DNA of 64,000 nucleotides from Candidatus Woesearchaeota archaeon (GTDB lineage: Archaea; Nanobdellota; Nanobdellia; Woesearchaeales; JACPBO01), in assembly GCA_016180285.1 (NCBI GenBank), contig JACPBO010000002.1, forward strand, positions 15,570 to 79,569, in the 5' to 3' direction. This document shows positions 35,357-43,782 of this stretch, piece after piece. The stretch's first letter is position 1; every line of letters starts with the position of its first letter. Both the position numbers and the translations under genes were made by a program. The notes under the pieces were generated by a model. The model was not told the origin of the DNA and searched no databases. It saw only the letters and a program-made list of their open reading frames with translations.

Positions 35357-36947
35357 ATCTCAATATCTTGATTTTTCTTGTTTGCAAATTTACTATAGGA
35401 ACCCTTGCCGGCTCCGGGTGGTGCCCCACCTTTTCCTGAAATGATGTTTTTGACTGCCAGCAAGAGCCGCAGATCATAGTTATATTTTTGTAAGCTGCCA
35501 CGCAGGTTTTATGAATATGGCCTGTGGCGAAAAAATCAGGTATCATCTCAATCACAAGGGAATCTTTATTTGCATCGGGCATGTAGAGTGTTGACGTGTG
35601 CGTTGGCGCAAGATGCCTTCTTCTTAATAGGAAGGACATTATAAGGTCTGCCCTGTCATAGCCTCCGTTTCTCCTTATTGAATCAACATGGGCAACATAA
35701 TAATCGAAAGAATAACCATGATAAAGCAGCACATCAAATCCTGAAAAGTCTTTTGTCTCGTGTATCCTTACAACAGAGGGGTTTGATACCATAGTTACAT
35801 TTGGCAATTGCCAAATTGCTCCTGCGAAATCCTTGTAAAGCTGCGGCTGCGGTTCAGCAATGCGCATTGCATCATGATTCCCCGGGCAAATAATAATTTG
35901 GATGTTTTTGGGGATTTGCTGAAGCAATTCTGCGCATTTATTGTACTGAGCATAAATGTCCTTGATTTCAAGTTCAGAATCTTGCTCCGGATAAACGCCT
36001 ACGCCATCAACAAGATCGCCGATAATGAAGAGATATTTTATTTTTCTGGCTATCTCTTGCTGCGCTTCGTCGCCAAGGCCTCCATTGATCCAGTTTAGGA
36101 ACTTGTTGAATTCTTCAGGAAGAAACTGTTTTGAGCCAACATGCAGATCTGATAAAAAGATGGCATATGCCTCATCTGGAGATTTTTTAAGTTCTCTTGT
36201 GAGGGGCACCTCCGGCCAAATGATATCGTCTGCAAACACTATTCTGTTGCCATTGACGCCAACTATGCCAATAATCTCATCCAGAACAATATTTAGCGCT
36301 TCAGCATATAATTCTGGCTTGTTTTTATTCACAAGCACTTTTATTTCACCTGTCGGGTCTTCAACAGCAAGCACGAGGTTTTTGTTTTTTGTCTGCGCTA
36401 TTTCTTTAACTATGCCTATCAATGATATCTCGCTTCTGTCTTTTTTTGACACTATCTTGCTAATAGAAGTGAGGTTTTTGATCTCTTGTCTGTTTCGAAG
36501 TATTTTTTCAAGCGCTTTGTGCCTCGCATTAAAAAATGATGCAAAATCCTGTGCTTCTCTTTGTTTTAGGTCATCAACATACGAAAAGAGCACCTTAACG
36601 CCGTTGTTTGGGGGTGCGATTTCTTCCTCTCTTTTTTCTTTTGACAAAAACTCCAGGAATTGCCCGTATATTTTTGCATTTTCGTTTTTTTCAAATTTAG
36701 TTGCTGCTTTTTCGAATTCCTTCCAGTTGAGCTCTATGCCTTTGTTTTCATCCAGTATTTTGGTTATGTCTCTGTTCAGAATAAGAATTTCTTCAAAAAA
36801 TTCTTTATTTTTTAGGTTTTCATGGAACTTGTTCAGGTCTATGTCCTTTATCGCCCCGAATATATCTGGGTTTAACAGAATGCCTTTATCGTAAAAAAAT
36901 CTGACAATTCTCTTTTTATTTTCCAGTTCGTTATCCATTTTAGGCAA
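35349..36947 (-). CDS. polB: DNA polymerase II (PolD) small subunit DP1 (calcineurin-like phosphoesterase)
   Basis: Metallophosphatase motifs DLHVGS, GDLVDG, GNHD, GH; N-terminal DP1 domain; overlaps DP2 start by 8 nt. Confidence 0.9.
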   Translation of the reverse strand: MPKMDNELENKKRIVRFFYDKGILLNPDIFGAIKDIDLNKFHENLKNKEFFEEILILNRDITKILDENKGIELNWKEFEKAATKFEKNENAKIYGQFLEFLSKEKREEEIAPPNNGVKVLFSYVDDLKQREAQDFASFFNARHKALEKILRNRQEIKNLTSISKIVSKKDRSEISLIGIVKEIAQTKNKNLVLAVEDPTGEIKVLVNKNKPELYAEALNIVLDEIIGIVGVNGNRIVFADDIIWPEVPLTRELKKSPDEAYAIFLSDLHVGSKQFLPEEFNKFLNWINGGLGDEAQQEIARKIKYLFIIGDLVDGVGVYPEQDSELEIKDIYAQYNKCAELLQQIPKNIQIIICPGNHDAMRIAEPQPQLYKDFAGAIWQLPNVTMVSNPSVVRIHETKDFSGFDVLLYHGYSFDYYVAHVDSIRRNGGYDRADLIMSFLLRRRHLAPTHTSTLYMPDANKDSLVIEMIPDFFATGHIHKTCVAAYKNITMICGSCWQSKTSFQEKVGHHPEPARVPIVNLQTRKIKILRFG

Positions 36948-36966
36948 GAAGAGCTATTCTTGGGTA

Positions 36967-38190
36967 TCAAGATAAGTCTAACTCTTCCTCTAATATCTTT
37001 CTTATTTTTGGCTGTGTTGTTGGGGGTATTGAGAGGGATATTTCTCTTGTCCTCCCATAACGGCCCTTTGATATTATCTTTGTACTTATAACGCCAAGCA
37101 TATCCAATTCAGCTATAATATCTGACATCCTTCTTTGCGTTAATGGCCTCAACCCAATCTTTGAGCACATTTTTTTATAAAGGTCATAAACTTCTCCTGT
37201 AAAAACAAGCTCCTTCCTATTTGAGCAGACAGCAACTATTGAATAAAGCGAGAGTTGGAATTGCTTGGGCTGTGTTTTCACGATATCAATTACCCTGTCA
37301 TGGTCTATCTTGTCTTGCGCTTCATCAATGTGCTCGATTTTTAATATTGTTTCGTCTTTTCTCTCAGCTATTTCGCCAGCCACCCTCAGCAACTCAACTG
37401 CCCTTCTTGCATCTCCGTGCTCTCCTGCAGCGTATGCAGCGCATTTTTCAATTACTCCTATCCCTATTGCTCCCTGCCTGAATGCCTTTTTTGCCCTCTC
37501 TCTCAATATATCCTGCAGCTGCAGCGCATTATATGATGGGAAAAATATTTCCTCCTCGCTTAAAGAGCTTTTGATCCTGGGGTCAAGGTTGTCTGTAAAA
37601 AGCAGGTCATTGGATATGCCGATAAGTGAAATCTGGGATTTTTTAAGCTCTGTGTTTATTCTGGTTAGATTATACAGGATTTCGTCCCCTGCTTTTTTAA
37701 CTAACTGGTCTATTTCATCCAAAACAAGCAGCAGCATCTGATCTTTTTGTTCCATTATGTTAAAAAATATTTTATAAATTTCATCTGTCGGCAATCCCGT
37801 AGATGGCACTTCTTTGCCTAAAGCTCTGATCAGCTGGGCAACAAGTCTGTATTCTGTATCGGCCACTTTTTTCAGCTTGCAGTTGATGAAAACGGGGGTT
37901 ATTGGTATTTTTTCCCGGTTAGCTATGCTTGATAAGTGGTTGATTATATTTATTGTTGAAAGTGTTTTTCCGCTTCCGGTTTTTCCATACAAAAAAAGAT
38001 TTGATGGTTTTTCTAATTTAAGCGCCGGAGCAAGGATTTCTGCCATCTGGCTTATCTGTTCTTCTCTGTGCTGTACTGTGTCTGGCGCATATGTCGGCTG
38101 CAAAAAACTTTTTTGAGAAAAAATTTTAGATTCTTTTTTCAAAAATCTTTCAAAAAAAATATTTATGTTGTTGTTGCTCTTTTTTGCCAT
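36967..38190 (-). CDS. cdc6: Orc1/Cdc6 replication initiator (AAA+ plus winged helix)
   Basis: Walker A LFLYGKTGSGKTLS; Walker B LLVLDEIDQL; sensor/wH C-terminus. Start placed at MAKKSNNN (internal Met of track ORF) with TATA-like box ~30 nt upstream. Confidence 0.9.
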   Translation of the reverse strand: MAKKSNNNINIFFERFLKKESKIFSQKSFLQPTYAPDTVQHREEQISQMAEILAPALKLEKPSNLFLYGKTGSGKTLSTINIINHLSSIANREKIPITPVFINCKLKKVADTEYRLVAQLIRALGKEVPSTGLPTDEIYKIFFNIMEQKDQMLLLVLDEIDQLVKKAGDEILYNLTRINTELKKSQISLIGISNDLLFTDNLDPRIKSSLSEEEIFFPSYNALQLQDILRERAKKAFRQGAIGIGVIEKCAAYAAGEHGDARRAVELLRVAGEIAERKDETILKIEHIDEAQDKIDHDRVIDIVKTQPKQFQLSLYSIVAVCSNRKELVFTGEVYDLYKKMCSKIGLRPLTQRRMSDIIAELDMLGVISTKIISKGRYGRTREISLSIPPTTQPKIRKILEEELDLS

Positions 38191-38244
38191 TTTACGTATT
38201 TCCAAAAGAAGTGTAGCTTTAAATATTTTTTCATAATTAAAAAT

Positions 38245-38392
38245 ACACACCCCCTTATTTCTATTGGAAACTATAGTTTTATTTTTTAGTTTTTTATTGT
38301 TATTTTATTATTTACTATATTGAAAATAAATATAAATATAATATAAAAACAAAAAAACATAAAAACAAACTCCATAAGAAATAAAGGGGTCC
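38245..38392. promoter_or_regulatory. Predicted replication origin (oriC): two inverted ORB-like elements flanking an AT-only DUE
   Basis: ORB-like 1 (bottom strand) at ~38247..38271: GTTTCCAATAGAAATAAGGGGGTGTG. ORB-like 2 (top strand) at ~38370..38391: CTCCATAAGAAATAAAGGGGT. Both fit the archaeal ORB pattern TCCA-N-GAAA-N-GGGG(T) and are in inverted orientation around a ~90-bp 100% A/T segment (38281..38369). Confidence 0.55.
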
Positions 38393-38488
38393 CACCAAAC
38401 ATTTCATTACTATATGATAGTCAAAAATAGAAACATTTAAATATATGTGTTGCTTTCTAAAGGAAATAAGGTGATGGGGAGTTGAAAA

Positions 38489-39307
38489 ATGATAGTTCAA
38501 AAAAGTTTTTTGAATAAGTTGAAGGATTTTGGTTTGAATAGTTATGAAGCTAAGTTATGGACGGCGTTGCTTTCTCGCGGCGTTTCTACTGCTGGCGAGT
38601 TAAGCGATATTGCCGGCGTTCCAAGAAGCAGAAGCTACGATGTTCTTGAAAGTTTAGAGAAAAAAGGATTTATAATTATGAAGGTGGGGAAACCAATCAA
38701 ATACCTCGCTGTAAAGCCGGAAGAAGTCGTTGATCGCGTTAAAAAAAGAATAAGGGAAGATGCAGTTAAGGAAGAGGAAATTCTCGAGGAGATCAAAAAA
38801 ACAAACACACTTAGTGAATTGAATCTATTGCACAAGCAGGGCATTGAGCTTGTCGATCCGACTGATTTAAGCGGCAGTATAAGAGGCAGAGACAATATCT
38901 ACAACCACCTCGATTTTATGATAAAGGGCGCTGAAAAATCCGTTGTTTTGGTGACAAGTGCAGATGGCCTTGTTAGAAAATCAAAAGAGCTGAGAAAAAC
39001 ACTGGAAAAAGCAAAAGAAAGGGGAGTTAAGATAAAGATAGCTGCGCCTTTGGGCAAAGAAGCGCAGGAAGCTTATAAAAATTTAAAAGGAATCGCAGAG
39101 CTTAAGCACATAAACGATCCGCAGGCAAGATTTGCTATTGTCGACGGCAAGAGCCTTTTGTTTATGTTGATGGATGACAAAAATGTCCACCCAAGCTACG
39201 ATGTTGCTGTTTGGGTTGCAACACCTTATTTTGCATCTGCATTTGAAAGCTTCTTCAACAATAGCTGGCAGAAACTGGATGCGGCTGAAAAGGCGCTTAA
39301 CAAATAA
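38489..39307 (+). CDS. TrmB-family transcriptional regulator
   Basis: N-terminal FGLNSYEAKLWTALLSRGVSTAGELSDIAGVPRSRSYDVLESLEKKGFI matches the TrmB HTH domain; SD aaGGTGAtgg upstream. Confidence 0.85.
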   Translation: MIVQKSFLNKLKDFGLNSYEAKLWTALLSRGVSTAGELSDIAGVPRSRSYDVLESLEKKGFIIMKVGKPIKYLAVKPEEVVDRVKKRIREDAVKEEEILEEIKKTNTLSELNLLHKQGIELVDPTDLSGSIRGRDNIYNHLDFMIKGAEKSVVLVTSADGLVRKSKELRKTLEKAKERGVKIKIAAPLGKEAQEAYKNLKGIAELKHINDPQARFAIVDGKSLLFMLMDDKNVHPSYDVAVWVATPYFASAFESFFNNSWQKLDAAEKALNK

Positions 39308-39368
39308 TTTTAGAGATAAATATGCGCGCCTTCACAGGCAGATATTGCTTATTTGCTTAAGAGGACTG

Positions 39369-40157
39369 ATGAGCATAACACAAACAGCATTTGATCTGAC
39401 AAATTATCTGGCAGGAAAGAATCCTAAAAATCTAAGCAGTGAAGACATCAGTGGGCTGCGAATTCAATTAAGTCAGTTAGAAGAAACATGCATTGGATCT
39501 GACAAACCACTCAGAGAAAATTTAAAAGGACAAATAGTTCTGGTGGATTACCCGCAATTAAACCTTAGCTTTTTAGAAATGTCGCAAGAAACAGAATTTG
39601 ATGGAAAAAAAGCACGCATACCGAAATTCGGAGTTTACGAGATTGACGTTTCAACTATGCAAGTATATGATGCACAACTATATATCGGTCGCAATCATCT
39701 TCCCAAATGTTTTGGTGGCGGGTGGGAATGCAGTTTAAACGACACAAATGAAATACCCGGTTCTTTTTTCGTGTATATTATAAGAAGCATTTTTGGCCCT
39801 TTTGATGAAGCAAGACTGGGCATCGAATCATCAGGAGAATATTGGTGGGTGGGAGGGATAGTTCCTGAAAAAGAATTTAAAACAAAATATGGCAAGGGGC
39901 TGCGCGGCAAAACAATAAAGAGCGGATTTTATGGAAGCATTCCAACAGAAACGCAAGAAAAGATAAGCGAAGCTGAGAAAACCAACTATTTTGACGGGTT
40001 TTTTATTATTGCAGAAACAAGCCCAGAAGATTGGACCGATGAGCCCGCATCAGAAAACAAAAACACAGCCGCATCTAAGAACGCAATAGCTGTTGGAACT
40101 CAGGGTGAAAATGCATTTTATTTAGATAAGTTTAACCCGGATCTTAAAACATCATAG
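39369..40157 (+). CDS. Hypothetical protein
   Basis: Start set at MSITQTAFDL (first Met after the trmB stop; track ORF begins inside trmB in another frame); no recognised motif. Confidence 0.4.
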   Translation: MSITQTAFDLTNYLAGKNPKNLSSEDISGLRIQLSQLEETCIGSDKPLRENLKGQIVLVDYPQLNLSFLEMSQETEFDGKKARIPKFGVYEIDVSTMQVYDAQLYIGRNHLPKCFGGGWECSLNDTNEIPGSFFVYIIRSIFGPFDEARLGIESSGEYWWVGGIVPEKEFKTKYGKGLRGKTIKSGFYGSIPTETQEKISEAEKTNYFDGFFIIAETSPEDWTDEPASENKNTAASKNAIAVGTQGENAFYLDKFNPDLKTS

Positions 40158-40287
40158 GATTTCTCAGCATTACCTGATGCAACGAAACTTAGCTAATACA
40201 TGCCCTCCATGGTTGAAGGGATTCGGCGCTTTCAAACGCCGCGCATAAACCACAATCTTTTTATATTTACTTCTGTTTCTCCAATAA

Positions 40288-41445
40288 ATGGAAGATCAAA
40301 AAACCAACGGCGAAGTCAAAAAGATAGATTCTATCATATATGGATATACAACCAACACAAATGCGCTTGAGGATGAAAATAAATTATTGAAAGAAACAGT
40401 TTCAAAGTTTAAGGAAGAGCTGGAAACATTCAAGAAAATTCCTTTTTTGGTTGCTGAAGTAAAGGATATGGTAGAGAAGAATGCTATAATAAGGCTGCAG
40501 AACGGCAACGAGTTCTTTGTCAACATTTCAAGAGAATGCGGTGAAATTTTTCCTGGCGATTCTGTTCTTATGGAGCAGAAGAATCTCACAATATTGAAGA
40601 AAGTTCCGGTTTCAAAGGTTTTTAATGTTGAAAAATTTGTCATAATTGAGAAGCCCACCATCACATGGAAAGATGTTGGCGGCTTAGAAGCTCAGGCAAG
40701 AGAGATACAGGAAGTGATTGAATTGCCTCTTAAAAATCCTGAACTGTTCAAGAAAGTAGGGATACAGCCGCCCAAAGGGATGTTGTTTTACGGACCGCCT
40801 GGAACAGGCAAGACATTATTGGCGAAGGCAGTTGCATCTTCAACAAATTCAACTTTTATAGAAGTTGTCGGGTCTGAGTTAGTCCAGAAATTCATCGGAG
40901 AAGGAGCAAAGCTGGTTAAGGAGATTTTTCAGTTAGCCCGGGAAAAAGCGCCATCTGTGATTTTTATAGATGAGCTTGATGCGCTGGCTGCAACAAGGAT
41001 CGATATCGGAACATCCGGCGAGAGAGAAGTGCAAAGAACATTTATGCAGCTTCTTTCCGAAATAGATGGCTTTAAGCCTCTGGGCAATGTTAAAGTTATA
41101 GGGTGCACAAACAGGAAAGATATTTTAGACCCTGCGATTACAAGGCCCGGAAGGCTTGACAGATTGATCAAAATCCCGATTCCAAATAAAGAAGCAAGGA
41201 CTGAGATCTTTAAAATACATACGAGAGAAATGACACTTGACAAAGGAATAGATGTCGGCTTGATTGTTAAAGGCATGGATGGATTTTCAGGGGCAGAAAT
41301 AAAGGCATCCTGCACAGAAGCAGGGTATTTTGCAATAAGGGACAAAAGAACAAAGGTTGTTAAAGAAGATTTTGCAAAGGCGGTCGCAAAAGTGAAGGCA
41401 GAAGAGAAGCTCGAAGGCGAAGATTATATGAAGATGTTCGGGTAG
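40288..41445 (+). CDS. pan: Proteasome-activating nucleotidase PAN (AAA+ ATPase)
   Basis: N-terminal coiled coil, OB segment, Walker A GPPGTGKTLLAKAVA, Walker B VIFIDELDA, second region of homology; C-terminal ...MKMFG. Confidence 0.9.
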   Translation: MEDQKTNGEVKKIDSIIYGYTTNTNALEDENKLLKETVSKFKEELETFKKIPFLVAEVKDMVEKNAIIRLQNGNEFFVNISRECGEIFPGDSVLMEQKNLTILKKVPVSKVFNVEKFVIIEKPTITWKDVGGLEAQAREIQEVIELPLKNPELFKKVGIQPPKGMLFYGPPGTGKTLLAKAVASSTNSTFIEVVGSELVQKFIGEGAKLVKEIFQLAREKAPSVIFIDELDALAATRIDIGTSGEREVQRTFMQLLSEIDGFKPLGNVKVIGCTNRKDILDPAITRPGRLDRLIKIPIPNKEARTEIFKIHTREMTLDKGIDVGLIVKGMDGFSGAEIKASCTEAGYFAIRDKRTKVVKEDFAKAVAKVKAEEKLEGEDYMKMFG

Positions 41446-41601
41446 AAAATTTGTAAAATGTTGGAATTTTCCATCCAGTCTGTGACTGGTGGCGCATTTC
41501 GTGTACTTGCATCAGGAAAATTCCGAGCATGCTCAAAAACCACCCGATGCGACATATTACGGTCACATTCCACCGATCTTTGATTGGTGGTTTTTGAAAT
41601 T

Positions 41602-42033
41602 TTATTTTTGTTTTTTTATGATTTCTTGTAAAGTGTGACTGGCTTCTGAAATAATCCTTGGCTCCTCCATCTTATTTGGGAGTTTGACTATTATGCAATC
41701 AGGTAGTTTGCCTTTTAAAATGAAAATAATACTTCTATTAGAACCCATAAATAAAATATGTTTTTTTCTAAATTCTAAAACCGTGATGGGTGCTGGAAAA
41801 AGATTCTGATATTTTTGTTTCATTGCCATTTTTGCATCTTCCACATTGCATTCTTCAATAGCGGCGACATAGATTTCTGATGGATGAAGTTCTTCTCTGA
41901 TTATAAAAACATCACTTGGTTTAAGACCATACATCTTAAGAACAGTATAAACTGATTTTTTAACCCTTTCTTTGTCAATTTTTACATCTTTCAATAAATC
42001 ATCCAGTTGTTCTTCATTCATACATCTCACCAA
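41602..42033 (-). CDS. Hypothetical protein (143 aa)
   Basis: Clean ORF; no recognisable motif. Confidence 0.4.
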   Translation of the reverse strand: MVRCMNEEQLDDLLKDVKIDKERVKKSVYTVLKMYGLKPSDVFIIREELHPSEIYVAAIEECNVEDAKMAMKQKYQNLFPAPITVLEFRKKHILFMGSNRSIIFILKGKLPDCIIVKLPNKMEEPRIISEASHTLQEIIKKQK

Positions 42034-42144
42034 ATTAATGATTAATTGGCGCGTACTCTCAAGTTACATCCGTCAGCCATCTCCTTTCGGTAAGCTTGGG
42101 TGTTCACACGGTCATCATACACGCCAAAGACAACAGAATATGGT

Positions 42145-43242
42145 TCAATTTATAAGTTTACCCCTCTTCAAAAGTGCCTCTAACACTTCCTGCTTTTCTG
42201 AAGCATATGCAAACCCTATTTTATTATAGAATTTTAAGAGGTTTTCTTTTCCTTTGATATAAAATCTTCCACAAAATTCTCTGCCTTTCTGTTTGCGTAA
42301 TTGGATATGTGAAGTTGCAATGCCAAAATGAGCCAACATAGCTCTTATTTGATTTAGAAACTCAAGCAAGTTGGTCACATGGTTTTTGTTTTTGGATAAT
42401 ACAAACTGGATTCTCCATACGTTGTTTTGCGGTTTTGAACCTTCATTTCCATAAATTATCGACAAGAATGTTTTCTTAATTTTATCAGGGCCATTATAAA
42501 TCCAGTCCGGAATTAAAAATGGAGTGAATACCTTATTGCCGCATGGCACACCCAAATAAATAAGCAATTCAGCAAAACCTTTGCTGCAAAAAACAATTCT
42601 AAAGCAAAATTGGTTGTATTTTAGAGATAGATATTCTCCTTTAAAAATAGAATTGAAATACAATCTAAATTCAACAGCATCTTTATTTTGATTAAAATCA
42701 TACTCTGCTTGCTGTAAGTTTTTTCTTACATGGCCATCACCCATTAAGAAACCAATGTTGGTAACTAAAAAATTTAGAACATGTTCATCATAGAACAGAG
42801 TTAAACCATATTTCTTAACAAAACCAAACTCCCCTATTTCATCAAAATTTAGCTTATGGTTTATTTCTAGATTCTCAAATGTATCCTCAAGTATTAACTC
42901 TTTAATATTCTCTTTATGCTCTAGGTCTGAAGGGACCAAGTAATCATCGTATATTCTTCTCAGTTTTACTCTATTAGAGACGCTGTAAAAATATCCAGAC
43001 TTTAGTTGTGTTGGTGTTCTTATTATTTTATTTTTTGCGTAAAGCCTCGTCATTATTGTAGAAATTGCACTATTGCAAGTGTTGTCTTTATAAATTTCGT
43101 TATAGATATTAGCCATACTCTTAATACCAAAAACCATATCAGGATGTAGCATTAAAATATCATAAACTCTTTTGGATTTTGAACCAATTAACTCTAAATT
43201 CTTAATCTGCATTTTCTGATTGTTGGAGTTCATCTTACGCAC
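42145..43242 (-). CDS. HTH-containing protein with LAGLIDADG-like motifs (possible free-standing homing-endonuclease-like/DNA-binding protein)
   Basis: N-terminal wHTH-like KRVYDILMLHPDMVFGIKSMANIYNEI; central NIGFLMGDGHV and LSIIYGNEGSK resemble LAGLIDADG blocks; divergent from the palindrome-bearing intergenic region. Confidence 0.35.
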   Translation of the reverse strand: MRKMNSNNQKMQIKNLELIGSKSKRVYDILMLHPDMVFGIKSMANIYNEIYKDNTCNSAISTIMTRLYAKNKIIRTPTQLKSGYFYSVSNRVKLRRIYDDYLVPSDLEHKENIKELILEDTFENLEINHKLNFDEIGEFGFVKKYGLTLFYDEHVLNFLVTNIGFLMGDGHVRKNLQQAEYDFNQNKDAVEFRLYFNSIFKGEYLSLKYNQFCFRIVFCSKGFAELLIYLGVPCGNKVFTPFLIPDWIYNGPDKIKKTFLSIIYGNEGSKPQNNVWRIQFVLSKNKNHVTNLLEFLNQIRAMLAHFGIATSHIQLRKQKGREFCGRFYIKGKENLLKFYNKIGFAYASEKQEVLEALLKRGKLIN

Positions 43243-43342
43243 ACTCTTTTCTCCTTTTCATAGCAATTTCTCATTTAAATACCCTCTGTGCGCGCCTGTC
43301 CAGTGGGTTTGCCACCAATAAACCGATATATTTAAATCTTTA

Positions 43343-43440
43343 TACTTACAATGTAAGTAAAACTTAGAAAGATTATTAAACTATACTCACAATGTAAGTA
43401 AAAAACAGCAACATTTTTAATGAAATACTTACATTGACAG
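43343..43440. repeat. Three spaced copies of a 17-bp palindrome TACTTACA-A-TGTAAGTA (putative operator array)
   Basis: Perfect palindrome at 43343..43359; one-mismatch copy TACTCACA-A-TGTAAGTA at 43384..43400; half-site copy TACTTACA-T-TGACAG at 43426..43440. Centres ~41-42 bp apart; TATATATA box follows at 43441..43448, ~50 nt before the ATG at 43498. Confidence 0.6.
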
Positions 43441-43497
43441 TATATATAGGGAAAAATCAAGATTTTTAGTTAATAAAAGTATAGAAACTAAGGCATT

Positions 43498-43782
43498 ATG
43501 CCTTCAAAAAAAGAGAAAGGCCTTATTGAACGAAAAAAAGTCCATTTAAAGCCTAAAGAGTTGAAAGATAGACCTATTTCTTTTAGTCCATACTCTGAAT
43601 TGAAGATTCCTTCAACAATATTTCTTGACCGCGACGTAAGCATTCTTGAAGCGGTTGTTGAATATTTGAAAGATAAAGTCGGCATGACATATCACGAGAT
43701 TGCAGTTCTTCTTGAGCGGGATGATCGCACAATCTGGACCTCCTATAGCCGCGTAAAGAAAAAAAGAGTGAAGAATGTTTGA
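43498..43782 (+). CDS. Small sigma-70 region-4-like/LuxR-like HTH protein (94 aa)
   Basis: C-terminal MTYHEIAVLLERDDRTIWTSYSRVKKKR resembles the sigma-70 r4 HTH (xxEIAxxLgxsxxTVxxxxxRAxKK); paralog at 55315..55548; overlaps giant gene start by 8 nt. Confidence 0.55.
   Translation: MPSKKEKGLIERKKVHLKPKELKDRPISFSPYSELKIPSTIFLDRDVSILEAVVEYLKDKVGMTYHEIAVLLERDDRTIWTSYSRVKKKRVKNV

Noticed and set aside
40195-40262. Possible tRNA gene in the GC-rich island upstream of pan
   Set aside because: No GTTCRA T-loop motif, no complementary 7-bp acceptor ends and no ...CCA-compatible 3' end could be identified on either strand; retained only as a possible structured RNA or terminator.
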